From contig JBEUKZ010000089.1 in NCBI GenBank assembly GCA_048128005.1, positions 1-64,000 on the forward strand: a stretch of DNA of 64,000 nucleotides, in the 5' to 3' direction. Under the pieces are notes generated by a model that searched no databases, was not told where the DNA came from, and saw only the letters and a list, made by a program, of their open reading frames with translations. This stretch comes from Veleropilina oligotropha (taxonomy: Eukaryota). Positions 13,435 to 24,873 of this stretch are shown piece after piece; positions within the stretch are counted from its first letter, which is position 1, and the number at the start of each line of letters is the position of its first letter. Position numbers and translations under genes: made by a program.

Positions 13435-16400
13435 TTTGTATTTATACTTTTATTTCCTTTATGACTAAATCTATATTTTGTTTTTAATTATTATACTATT
13501 TTATTATTATACTAGTTTTTAGCAAATATTTGATCTTTTAAATTTTGTTATTTTATTGCCTTGTGTTTTTATCTAAATTACATAGATTTTTATCTTAATT
13601 TTCATTGGCTTTATTTTATTTGGAAATATATTGTTTTATTTACATCTTTTATTTATCGGTATTTACTATCACAACTTTTAACATTTTATATTACATTATT
13701 ATATAGTCAACTTGACCGACCCGATTATGACCAAATACTGTCGGCGTGGTCGTTAAACATCAATTCAACCAGATCGAAAAACCATCAATTACATGTCTGT
13801 TTAGGTAGGCCTCACGAACAAAAGTTTCCAGACGTACCAAGTGATGTGTGGTGCTCCGGTTGCGTCGGAACCCACTTTGATATTCTGTAAGTAAATTATT
13901 TGATTCTAATTACCAAACTAATCTCTCGTTTCTCAACCGTTCCCTGGTTTTCCAAATACAACTCGTCAGGGCTATGGGTCGATAACTGTTAGGATGTGGT
14001 GTATCTTTCCCTGCCTTTGCAATTGGGATAATAATAGCTTCCCTCCACGAGGGAGGGAAGGTTCCAGTTTCCCAGATAGTATTTAATATTGCTAGTAGAC
14101 TTGTTCTTGTGCTCTTAATAGCCTTAAGCTATTAAGATTTTGTAGTGTTGGGTGCTGTTTAAATATTGAAATTGCATGTATGCGTGCTTTGATTGCTTGT
14201 CTGCAGTCTTTATTAAACCAAGGTTTATTTTTGTGTTTGGCATTTGGACAGGTCTTTGGAATTGAGTGTCGCAATGTCATGTAGTGTTGTAGAGAAACTT
14301 GATATTGGGTCTTCGCTATGAGTGAGTGAATTGATTTGAGTGTAATTGCTCTTCGCAGAGATTGGAATTTCCCCCAATCTGCTTTGCGTAGTTTCCACCT
14401 TTCTGTATGTTCTTGTGCTTGATTGATTGTGCTTTCCAGGTAAATTGGATAGTGGTCGCTTCTGCGGATGTCCTCACCAACTTTCCAAGTAAAGTCCAGG
14501 AAAGCAGATGGGTCGCACATGGTAAGGTCAGTGGTGGTAAGTGAGCCTGTAGGTGGATGCATGTATGTTGGCGATTGTGTATTATTAAATAGACACATTG
14601 TGTTTCCCAATAAAGTCCTCAATTTGATGTCCCCATTTATCTGTGTCAGTACCGCCCCAATCCGTACTGTGGGCGTTAAAATTGCCACACAATATAAATG
14701 GGGTCGGTAGCTGATTGATGCGATTGTCAAGGTTAGTAGATCGTATGTTTGTACTAGGTGGTAAGTATACCGAGCAGATATTTATTACTCGGCGAGTCGA
14801 TATTTTCACTGCTACTGACTGTAAGATTGTGTTTAAGTTGACCTGACTGTGTGGTGTTTTGTTCGGTGGAAGTACGTGCTTAATGGCTTAATGGCCCTTC
14901 GTGGCAGCCGCAACAATTTCCGACGTGAGGTCCTCTATAATAGTATCGGTATTATCAGTTTGGTCATCTGATGGTTCGTTAGTATCAAAGCGTTAGTACC
15001 AAAGCGGCTATGCAGCTTAATAGGGTCTTCGGACCCTTTGGGCTTTCTCTCTGACTTTGTAAGTTTTTTGGAGACTGTTGCTTTGGTGACAGTATCAGTC
15101 TCTTTTTTCGAGTTGCGAGTAGGTTTGTTGATGATGCTATATTGCTTCGAGATGGCAGTGCTGAAAAAAGCTTCGCCAAATGGCCAGGTGATATCCGTTT
15201 GTGTCGAGCAGGATCGAATGACTGGCTTTTGCTCCGGTGCTGCAGCAATTGCAGCATAGGATCTGCCCGAAATAGTGCGGGATTCCACCAGTTTCCTGGC
15301 ATCCGGGAAAGAGATTCGGTCGATGGTCTTGACCCTATGGATCTCTTTCTCGTGCTTCCACTTCGGGCAGTCCTTGGAGAGAGGCTGTTGGGAGCAAGAG
15401 GCAGACTCATGACCCTCCTCGCTGCAACGAGCACATGCTGAGTTTCTCTTGCATCGGTCCTTGCGATTCCCAAATGACTGGCATTAAAAGCATCTCAAGG
15501 GATTAGGAATGTAGGGCTCAACAGGGATGTTGATGTATCCAGCTTTCACAGACCTAGGAAGTACTGGAAGGCGGAAGTCCAAGATGATGGTGTTGATGGA
15601 AACCTTTTTCCCATCCTTGGACATGGTCAGGCGTGTGGTCATGCCTTCCAGCAGTTCGGGTTCGCTGCATCCCTGCAGGTCCATAGATATAATAACTCCC
15701 TTGGAGCTGTTCAAGGTTTGATTTCGACAGATTTATCGGTTCTCAAAAGATTCTCCGCATGGCTCTTCCTGTCGCATTCCACCAGTAGTGTGCCATCTAG
15801 AAGTTTCTTGACTGATCGAGGTTCGCCAGCAAGACCAAGGATGGCGAAGGGACTTAAAGGAGTAATTGGAGTACTTGAGTTGAGGGCCTCGATCGTCAAG
15901 AATCGTGGCCAGCTTTCCGGTACAGGGGGTGGAGGACTTGGCTTGAAAGGAGCGTCTATCTCAGGATCATATGGTATTGACCGAAAAGCGGTCATAAATT
16001 TAGCATCATCATCAGAATCAGACTCAATTTCAGTAATATTTTTTTTCCTTTTAATCGCATTATGGTGTGGTATGTGTGCCATGGTATTTGTGTTGTTTCA
16101 TCACCCGAGGTCCCCGCCCACCCCGGAGCTCAACAAGGGGGCATTTAATGGGTGCGGAGTTCCAGCACCCAATGCCAGGGATACCCGGGTGATATACTCA
16201 AATAAGTGAATGAATATGGTGGTGGGAAGTGTATTTCCCACCATTCATTCCTCACTTGATTGACCCTTCAGCCACCACCTTCTGGGATATAGATCGTATG
16301 ATGGTATATGATCTGTTGTATGAAATGTTCTGATTGTAATATAAAAATGTTATATTGTTAAAATATATTATCCCAGGGCACGGCGTGACAAGCCGAATGA

Positions 16401-16621
16401 TCAGATAGGGCCTATCTGACCTCCTGTCTAGTTGAATCAGAGGCCAAAGTAGTTTGTTGCTTCAGCTGATGCCGAAACTAAACTACCATGACCTCCTTTT
16501 CCAACATCACGGGTCACCACCCATGGCAAACAGGTGACTCCCATATGGGGGGGATCTTACCCCTCTGCAGGAAGAGGGCAATCAGAATATTCTAACCCCT
16601 AACCGACTGGGGGGGGGGGGG

Positions 16622-16673
16622 CATGTCTTGGATCGTACCAAAACTTTTTCAAGTACTCATCTACCATGCTCAT
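16622..16673 (-). pseudogene. N-terminal stub of a Polinton/Maverick-type integrase, cut by the LINE 5' end
   Basis: Reads MSMVDEYLKKFWYDPRH, resembling the L..IYYDP.HP start of Polinton integrases. Only 17 codons remain. Confidence 0.5.
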
Positions 16674-17184
16674 CCCTTATTAATGACTAAAGTAAGAACA
16701 GAACATTATATTTAAATGAAATGTATTGACATCTATTGACCAAAGCAATTATGAATACAATTTTCACAAATCTTTGTTTCGTAGTGAGGTGTTTAGACAA
16801 TAAACAGAGCAATAATTGCTTCATAATATTCAATAGTATTTTCATCATAATCCATTTATTTCACGATTGTGCCATTGATAACATCCGTGATGTTCATAAA
16901 ATAAGCTGCTGTCCTGGCTGTCGACACGGGTGACACAAATTTCTCCTTTACTAAATCCGACAGTGGCACACAATAATAATACAACAAATCGAATAGTCGT
17001 TTTCTACTTTAGTCTTTGTTGCCTTAGCTTCAGACATAATGTTTTCCGCAACAGTCTCTACCGTGGACGCCATCCTAAATGATATTAATTCACGGGGGGA
17101 CAGCGTCTTATAGTATTCTACAGGTACGTACATTATAAATGTCTAAAATATGTTAACATTATATACCCGTGAATATTATAGTAA

Positions 17185-17722
17185 TCAGTATTTCCACGTA
17201 TAACATCCATTAGGATTGCAAAACGAACACTGCAGATATCCAATTTGGTTCTGATGATCCTGTTGAATGGCACACGGAGTCGTCGTTTTGAGTTCAGGAA
17301 CAAATTCAGGCAGGATGGTGATAGCGTCTTTCAACTTTTCCCACTGATTTAATGATAGAAGGATTCCCTTTTTAGATGGTTTTATAGAATCGGTCTCCTC
17401 GCACCACCACCGCTGGCATATATCTGCACCTATAAATTTATTTTCCACACTGACGTGAATATTTGCTCTGCGGTGAAGGAATAGTTTATCTTCTTTCCTC
17501 TGCTTTAATCCAGATAAGGTCTCGGCGATGTCCTTAATCTTTCATTCCAACTCGACCCATTGCTTCAACATGAGTGTGATCCCTCGTTTCGTGGGAAACA
17601 TCTTTCCTACAGTATTGTACACTCAGATGTGAATCGCGCCACGGAGTTCCCGTCACAAATACGTTCCCTCCAATTTTGAGGCGACATCTCTCGACCAACG
17701 GACTGGCTGTTTTTGATTCCAT
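17185..17722 (-). pseudogene. Tandem PC4-like (p15 ssDNA-binding) domain gene, frameshifted
   Basis: Two PC4-type motifs, FPTKRGITLMLKQWVEL and KPSKKGILLSLNQWEKL, then a C..H..Q.G...C..CNP tail. Intronless; TATAAAAA upstream at 17757-17764. Confidence 0.65.
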
Positions 17723-17870
17723 CTTCTAAAATACTTTGATGGACTGAGAGCTACGCTTTTTATATCATTGAGTAATTTCTAATTGTCATTAATAAGTAGT
17801 TTTTGGTTGGTTCATTTTAGGCTGATTCGTCAATAGCACCCCCATCCATTCGGTCCATATTACCAAATAC

Positions 17871-18080
17871 AATGTGTCCTATATAATCATTTCAATGTGG
17901 ACCATAGAATTATTTTCAATGTGGCCTAAATAATCAGCTATGGCAAAACTCCATGGAATCAGCTATGGCAAAACCAATGTGGCCTATATAATCTTTTCAA
18001 TGTGGCTCATAGAATCATACCAATGTGGCCCATATAATCATTTCAATGTGGCCCATAGAATCATATCAACATGGCCTAAA
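17871..18080. repeat. ~23-bp imperfect tandem repeat
   Basis: Units resembling AATGTGGCCCATATAATCATTTC. Confidence 0.85.
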
Positions 18081-18488
18081 GATACATCAATACTGCTATT
18101 CCCGAAATTATGAGATAATTATATTAGAAATGCAAACATAACAAGAATATACGACTCAAAATAAGGTCCATAAATCTTTTGTCCACCTCTGTGTCAATGT
18201 TTTGTCCAGCGGAAGCGGATGGGATTTCCCAGATATATATCCTGTCATTTTTCCCACAATAATATGAACATGTCCCAAAAGACCATAACTATTTTCCGAA
18301 ACAATAAACTTGATAACCAAGTAATACAATGTATCTGTCTACAAAATAAGGTGTCAATCGATTCATTTCATTACTAAGTTGAATGGCCCTATTTATGACT
18401 GAAATACAGTTGTCGTGACCGTTAAACATCAATTCATCATTACAGATCATAGCAAAGATAATTAATGTTTTTCAAGCTTAGCATATTC

Positions 18489-18895
18489 AACTAGAATGTT
18501 CAGTCGCAGTGACTCAATCGTGACCACATGTGTATCCCTGGGCACATTCTGGCGGCCATCTTGAAGGTCGGACCACACCTGAAATCGAAAGGTGTCGTGT
18601 CCCAACCATTGAACATCCCAATTTTGAAAACATTCTGTTAATATATGACCGGTCTAGAGTGATCACAAAGATTTACCCTTTAAAATCTAAGAAGGTGGCA
18701 TTAGCTGCCATCTTGGAGGTCGAACAACACTCAAAATATATAGTTGTAGTGTCCTCGTCCCAACCAATGCACATAGATACCAAATTTCGAAACTTTCCGT
18801 TAAGAAATGACCAGTGTAGAGTGATCACGAGGAATCTGTCGACGTTGGCAGCGGCGTAACGCACGCTAAATCATAGTATCCCTGGGGGATACAAT
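18489..18895 (-). mobile_element. Short HINE/Helentron-associated non-autonomous element
   Basis: Terminal palindrome GTATCCC..GGGATAC, matching subterminal GTATCCC at ~18532, a small hairpin and a CTAGTT end; short internal duplications. Confidence 0.55.
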
Positions 18896-19299
18896 AATAT
18901 TACGATGCACGTATAATATTAATAGAACAGATCATATTACACTTCTTTGACATTCAGCATAATGAGATGATTGCGTGGGATATTATAGAGACTAGAAGCT
19001 TCCCTTTATGATAGCAATTTATTATGGTAGGTGAAATAACAACTCAGATTTTTTTTAATCTTTAGCCAATTGCTTCCTTATCAGCTTTTATACAGAGTAC
19101 ATGCCAAACATCTGGATTAGTAAATGATACATTACTAGGTATAGGCCGGGGGCCAACCGTGCCCCCCCCCCCCATGACAATTTTTCATGGGTACCAAATT
19201 GTTCATTCGGATCATCCGAATGAAAAAAAAATGTTCCCCAAAAAATAAATCGTTTGCACTATTTCAAATCAAGCCGTTTCCATGGCAACTAAGCAATTT

Positions 19300-20167
19300 T
19301 TTCAAAACTGCATGTACAACAGTAAATCGACCATATATCACTTAGTTTTTAAGTTATAAGAATAAATTTAGTACCAAATTGGAGCTAATGCATTGTCCTA
19401 TGACATTCAATGCGTTTATGTTAATTATCTAATTTGCATATTCATGAATATTCATAGAAATAATTATTTTTTGTCAAAATTTGGCTAAAATTTAAAAAAC
19501 TGATCTTTAAAAACTCGACAGAATACAATTTTTTTTTTTAATCCAAATATACATTTATAAAGTCCAATGATTAAGACAATTAATATAACACACTTTTTAT
19601 TATATATAAGTAGCTTAATTAACATAAAAATTAGCATAGAATACCAGCAAGGTTAATCTCGAAAACCGGCATGCACAATAGTAAATCGACCATATCTCAC
19701 TTAGTTTTAAAGCTATACAAATAACCAAAATGGAATTGATGCATTGCCCAATCCAACCCCTGTACATTTATGTTAATTATTTTGTTTGCATATTCATGAA
19801 TATTCATAGAAATAATGATTTTTTGTCAAATTTCGGCTAAAATTTCAAGAACAGTAAAATTTAAAAACTCAAAAGAACGTAAAAATGTTAACTTTTTATG
19901 TAAAATATACATCTATATAGTCCAATTGTCATGGCACTTCATATGATGCCCTTTTTAATATATATAAACTACATGTAGCTTAATTAACCTAAAATTTATC
20001 ATATCATGCCACCAAGGTCATTCTCGAAAACCGGATGGCACAATAGTAAATCGACCATATCTCACTTACTTTTAAAGTTATAATAATAAATTTAGTACCA
20101 AAATGGAACTGATGCATTGCCCAATCCCACTCTGTACATTTATGCTAATTATCTTGTTTGCATATTC
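19300..20167. repeat. ~360-bp tandem duplication (about 2.4 units)
   Basis: AGTAAATCGACCATAT recurs at ~19321, ~19680 and ~20045 with colinear flanks. Confidence 0.8.
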
Positions 20168-20378
20168 ATGTTTTACGACCCCTTTGGCAATTTTTCTACC
20201 TTAACGCAGCAGTGGGGACACCCGGTTTAAGGTCTCACTCCGATCTGACCGACATATATTAGGGATATGCCAATTATTAGTGTTAAGCCTTAGAATAAGC
20301 CAGGCCAGAACGGGTTTGAACCCACATCATACCGTCCCACTTAACGTTGACGCTCTAACCAGTTGAGCTATGGAGGGC
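20168..20378 (-). mobile_element. tRNA-derived SINE with an I-group-like 3' tail
   Basis: A box TAGCTCAACTGG, B box GGTTCAAACCC, body GAGACCTTAAACCGG (Meta-like), tail GGTCGTAAAACAT. Confidence 0.75.
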
Positions 20379-22434
20379 AGAACTGTGAACTAGAAGTAGC
20401 TTGATGAACATAGAAACAAACAAAGCCCGCCATCAAGGTCACTCTCAATAACTTTTGCTGCCACCAGATGTGAAAGTGCAACTTACTTTTTACTTCATAT
20501 ATGAATGTCTACCAACAGACGCAAGGTGAGCAATGGGTTCCACAGCATCACATCTTGTGTGCAAGTTACCTTTACATGGAAAATTTCGAGCACATAAATA
20601 GCCTTTTCATCCCAATAGTCATCCGCTTGGCTTCTCTAAGTGGATGTCATATTTGTTAGGCTACACCAAGAAAACGTAGACCTGTTTTAGATCAACATCG
20701 ATCCAAATATCCGCTTCACGTGCGAACCAGAGATCAACTTCTGTATGAATATTCTCATCGACGGAGGAACAAAGTACACAGCAGTCGTAAAGACCACACC
20801 AACAAGCCCAAAGTGTTGGGACCATTGCAATTGCACCCCTTACTCGCGTGCCTGATTTGACAAAACGGAGTCTAGGAATCATGACCACCAGCTGCCCGCC
20901 ATCTACCACAGCATGCTTCCTGGGCACCCCTTGTGGCAAATGATATCAATACGTGATCAAGACTACTAACCACAAGGATGTTGTGGTAGATGGCCGGCAG
21001 CTGTTATTGGTGGTCATGGTCATGGGTTTGTCGAAGTTGGCATTCTTAAAAATGTGTGGAATGGGTGTACTTGCTTTCCTCAATGCAGGTGTGATCGGGG
21101 AATGGTCGCAACGGATTTCGTAAATGTTAATGTCACAGGGGATATACCAATATCGATTTTAATTTGTTGGAAGGTTGGTGATATGAATTAATATCATGCA
21201 ACTTTCAGACAGACCTTAAACGTATGGAAAGGCAATAAGAGGGCGGCCAGTGTAATTGCAGTGTCATGTAAAAGTTGTTTCAGACTCCTTCAACGTATGA
21301 AAAGCCAAGTGGAGTCAAGGTATGCCGAAGGCCCATTTCAATCATTTGTTGGCCGTTAGTGCATTCCTAATATGTTCACGTTCCTTGCTTTTGTTCGGTG
21401 ATGTTGCTTTGTAGTTCTCATCTGCGAAATAGTGTTCTGGCAACATTTGTTTGTGCTACATCGGATAGCACAACAGCACAAACTACTAAATGCTTTGATT
21501 AATTTGTTGATCAATATATATTTTTCTGGTCCGGATATATACTTACGTCTTGGTTTCGTTCTCCAAATGGTCACTTATATGTTGGATGGAAGCATCTTCA
21601 GTTTCATATAATGATATACCGGTACCGAAATTCAGACTGGTGTCAAGATCTTCGATGTCTGCAATAAGAAATAACCACATTGTTTACATTTTTACGTTAT
21701 AGGACAAAATTTATCCACTCAAAAGGATTGTTAAAATGTAATTAAACTTGTTGTCAAGAGAAGAACATTTAAATAATTTGTGTGCAAGTTGACATTAATT
21801 AATACTGTAACAGGCATTGCTAGCGCAACTTCTTTATAAATGCTGGTAACTCTATACTGTCGCTGCTTGTTCATATTTGCCAACTTGTTTAGGGCTTGGA
21901 GTTGTAGGGTCATGTTGGCACAATATTCGCACAAACATTGGTCAAGGTGCTGGTCTCCGGCCAATTTTCCATGATCCGGCTGCAACTGGCAAAAGGTTCT
22001 CAATCCTATCTTGCAGTCTGGATTTTTCGTGAAGGGTTGACATATTCTTAGCCCAAAATGATTTTGGCTTTCCTAGCCTCTTCAGGAATGCCTTCTTATG
22101 AGGCATTGGCGTAGCCTGATCTTCTAGAAATTATCTCACTCTTTCAACAGTGTCTTGTGGTAGTGAAGATTTGTGTCGAGCTTTTCTGTTCCCTTGGTGT
22201 AGCATGCATCAATCGCTTCCAACTGATCTTCATTGTGGAACACTGTTATCAACAGCACGTATTTCTTGAAGACAAGGAATGTTCTTAAATACATACTGTT
22301 GATTCTCTTGTCATCTTTCGTTGTACCAGATTTCAATTCTTCTGCCTTATTTTGAAAAGCCTCCGTTATATGTGGCTGCAGAGAAGCTTGCGTGTTACCG
22401 ACACCCAGAGAAGACAGTGCCATCTTTTTTGCAT

Positions 22435-22510
22435 GGGGCTCGATGTTGTGCGCATCCTCTTGGTGGGCCCTGGATAGGGGAACGAAAGTTCCCTGAACGA
22501 AACGCACAAC
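22435..22510 (+). ncRNA. HDV-like self-cleaving ribozyme fold (this copy partly decayed)
   Basis: P1 GGGGCTC/GGGCCCT with G1-U wobble; P2 GTTGTGCG/CGCACAAC; L3 TCCTCTT; GG after P1; P4 GGGGAAC-GAAA-GTTCCCT; J4/2 CGAAA. P3 is imperfect. Confidence 0.75.
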
Positions 22511-22862
22511 CAGGTCGTTTGCCGTGACCTACTGTCGATCCTGGTGGTTGAGGGTCAAAGATGCTGGTACTACCAGTCTTTGATCCAACACACCACTTTG
22601 GCCCATGATTCCTCTAGAGTGATAGATGGATGGGCCCGGTCAATGTAGTATAGAAGGCGGTTGCTCATGGGTCAATCTGGTATTATTGACCGCTTAGTTC
22701 TTTGGATGTATCTAAAGCTTCTAATGTCATTAATAATGGAGTATAATGCATTTGTATCCCCGGTGTCTGCTTGCCGGTTACCAGCAGGCTTATGGACATC
22801 GCCCTTGTTGGCATTCCATGGTGGGCGGGGAGCAGATACATCGAATTACATACAAAAAACCC

Positions 22863-24116
22863 ATGGCTAAAAACAAACCCACCACCACTAAAAGACTGAG
22901 ACAAGATTCGCCATCCTTGTCCGACGAGGATGACATTCATACTTTATACAATACGACTGGCCACGCTTCTTGCTTCTGTCAGGAATTGAAGGAAACGCCA
23001 CGAAACATTCCCTAACGAAAAATCCTTTTGTCATAGCTAAGACCATTGAAAGTATTGCAGGTACTGTCAAAAGTGTTAAGAGATTGAGAGATGGGAGCCT
23101 TCTTATTGAATGTAATAGAAGGCAACAGTCTCTCAATCTTTTAAAGATCGAGACCTTTGCTAATGCAGCTGTATGCGTAAAACCTCATATTTACCTGAAT
23201 ACTTCAAAAGGTATCGTTAGGGATCGTGATCGATGCCTTCAATACCTGACAGAACGCGAGATCGAATATGAGTTGGAACAACAGGGTGTTATTAATGTCA
23301 GACGCTTTTCCATTACAAAAGACGGCTCCAAAATTCCTATTAACACTTATCTCATGACCTTTGAAACCTCTATTCGACCTACTCATATCACTGCTGGTTA
23401 CAATCGCATCGATGTGGATGTGTACTATCCCAATCCACTTCGGTGCTTTAGATGCCAAAAGTATGTTCATGGTGCAAATAACTGCACAAATATGGAGAGG
23501 TGTTTCCGCTGTGGAAGTGATGAACACACGAGTGGTAATATTTATAAATGCGAGGGCCAACCAAAATGTGTCAACTGTAATGGAGAGCACCCTGCATCAT
23601 CCAAACAGTGCCGAAAGTGGATTTGGGAGTCTAAAATCACACGCCTGAAACATAGAAATATTTCATATCCTGAGGCTAAAAAAACTTATATCATCTGAAT
23701 CAGCCCAATCGTTTTCATCTGTTGTTCGCTCATTGGTCCAAAAGCAGTCAATTACCACCGCTTCTGCTGCTTGTCAGACGGATCTGACATGGATCTCCAA
23801 TGAACGACCAACAGATTAAATAACCCAAATCCACCCTCCACAGCGAAAACATCTCAAGCATCATCACAAACTAACAGTACCTACCCTGATGTTTCAACTC
23901 AAAGCTCTTCAAATTCTACATCATCTACTAAGCCTTCGCAATCTTATTCTAGATCTCGATCTACTACTCCGTCGCGATCATCAAACCAATCTTGATCAAG
24001 GAAAAAGTCTCCCACTTCAGGGAGCAAGCCCCAGTTGGGGCGTCCCAAAAAGGGTCAGGACGACCCAATCAAACATTATAGTAGGTTTGAAGAATTAGAA
24101 CCAGAGTTCATGGAGT
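22863..24116 (+). pseudogene. Family-B ORF1 (three CCHC knuckles), frameshifted
   Basis: WPRFL, NPFVIAK, SVKRLRDGSLLIEC, PNPLRCFRCQ, CFRCGSDEH, CVNCNGEH; homologous to but clearly diverged from family-A ORF1. Confidence 0.88.
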
Positions 24117-24873
24117 TTGCCGCTGACATAGTTGCTGCTGCTACCGAGAAGGGTAGGAAGGCAGCAGCTAAAGCAAAGCTAAACCGACAGACTAAGGTGG
24201 TGGATGATCCACCCTACCACCACCGTCTGTCCACGATCCAATGGATGACGATAAATCATTGGGTCGGCAAAGCCCAAAACTCCAAAAAAGCCCGTACTTC
24301 CACCAAACAAGTAATAAATTAAATCAACGCACTAAACACAAATTATTTACATAAACACAACAACAACACAACATGACAGGTACAATAATACAATGGAATT
24401 GTAGAGGCATTAAACCGAATATTGATGAGATCAATATACTAATACAAGACCACAAACCAGTAGCATTTTGTCTCAATGAAACTCACAGACAACATACGCA
24501 TTAAAGATCATTCGCTATATAATCACATTTTCACCACAGGTGACAAGGCTATAGGGGGGTTTCAATCATCATCAACAACAAAACACCACACAACCAGGTC
24601 AACTTGAACACCAACTTACTGGCAGTAGCGGTGAAAATATCGACTCGCCGAGTAATAACTATTTGCTCGGTATACTTACCACCTAGCATAAACATACATC
24701 CCACTGACCTTAACGATCTCATTAATCAGCTACCGGCCCCATTTATATTGTGTGGCGATTTTAACGCCCACAGTACGGATTGGGTCGGTACTGATAAAGA
24801 TAAACGGGGACATCAAATAGAGGACTTTATTGGGAGACACAATCTGTGTTTATTTAATACTACCAAATCGCCA

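Larger units (their letters stand above)
7877..13770 (+). mobile_element. Near full-length family-A I-group (I/Nimb-like) LINE
   Basis: 14-bp TSD AGATCGAAAAACCA at 7863-7876 and 13771-13784; 5'UTR, ORF1, ORF2 and tail GGTCGTTAAACATCAATTCAA. Confidence 0.95.
1937..16621 (-). mobile_element. Old, deleted family-A I-group LINE that hosts two later LINE insertions
   Basis: RT pieces at 1937-2074, 7754-7876 and from 13771 are contiguous when compared with the copy at ~57150-57500. APE and ORF1 remnants 14092-16082; 5'UTR 16083-16621. Confidence 0.9.

Noticed and set aside
20300..20378. tRNA gene
   Set aside because: A and B boxes are present but there is no proper cloverleaf, and it continues into a SINE body and tail.
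22136..22507. 123-aa ORF as a real gene
   Set aside because: It starts in the antisense of the LINE 5' end and reads into the split transposase remnant.
22445..22510. Hammerhead ribozyme (CTGAA..GAAAC)
   Set aside because: No CUGANGA between stems and no NUH site; HDV topology explains the pairing better.
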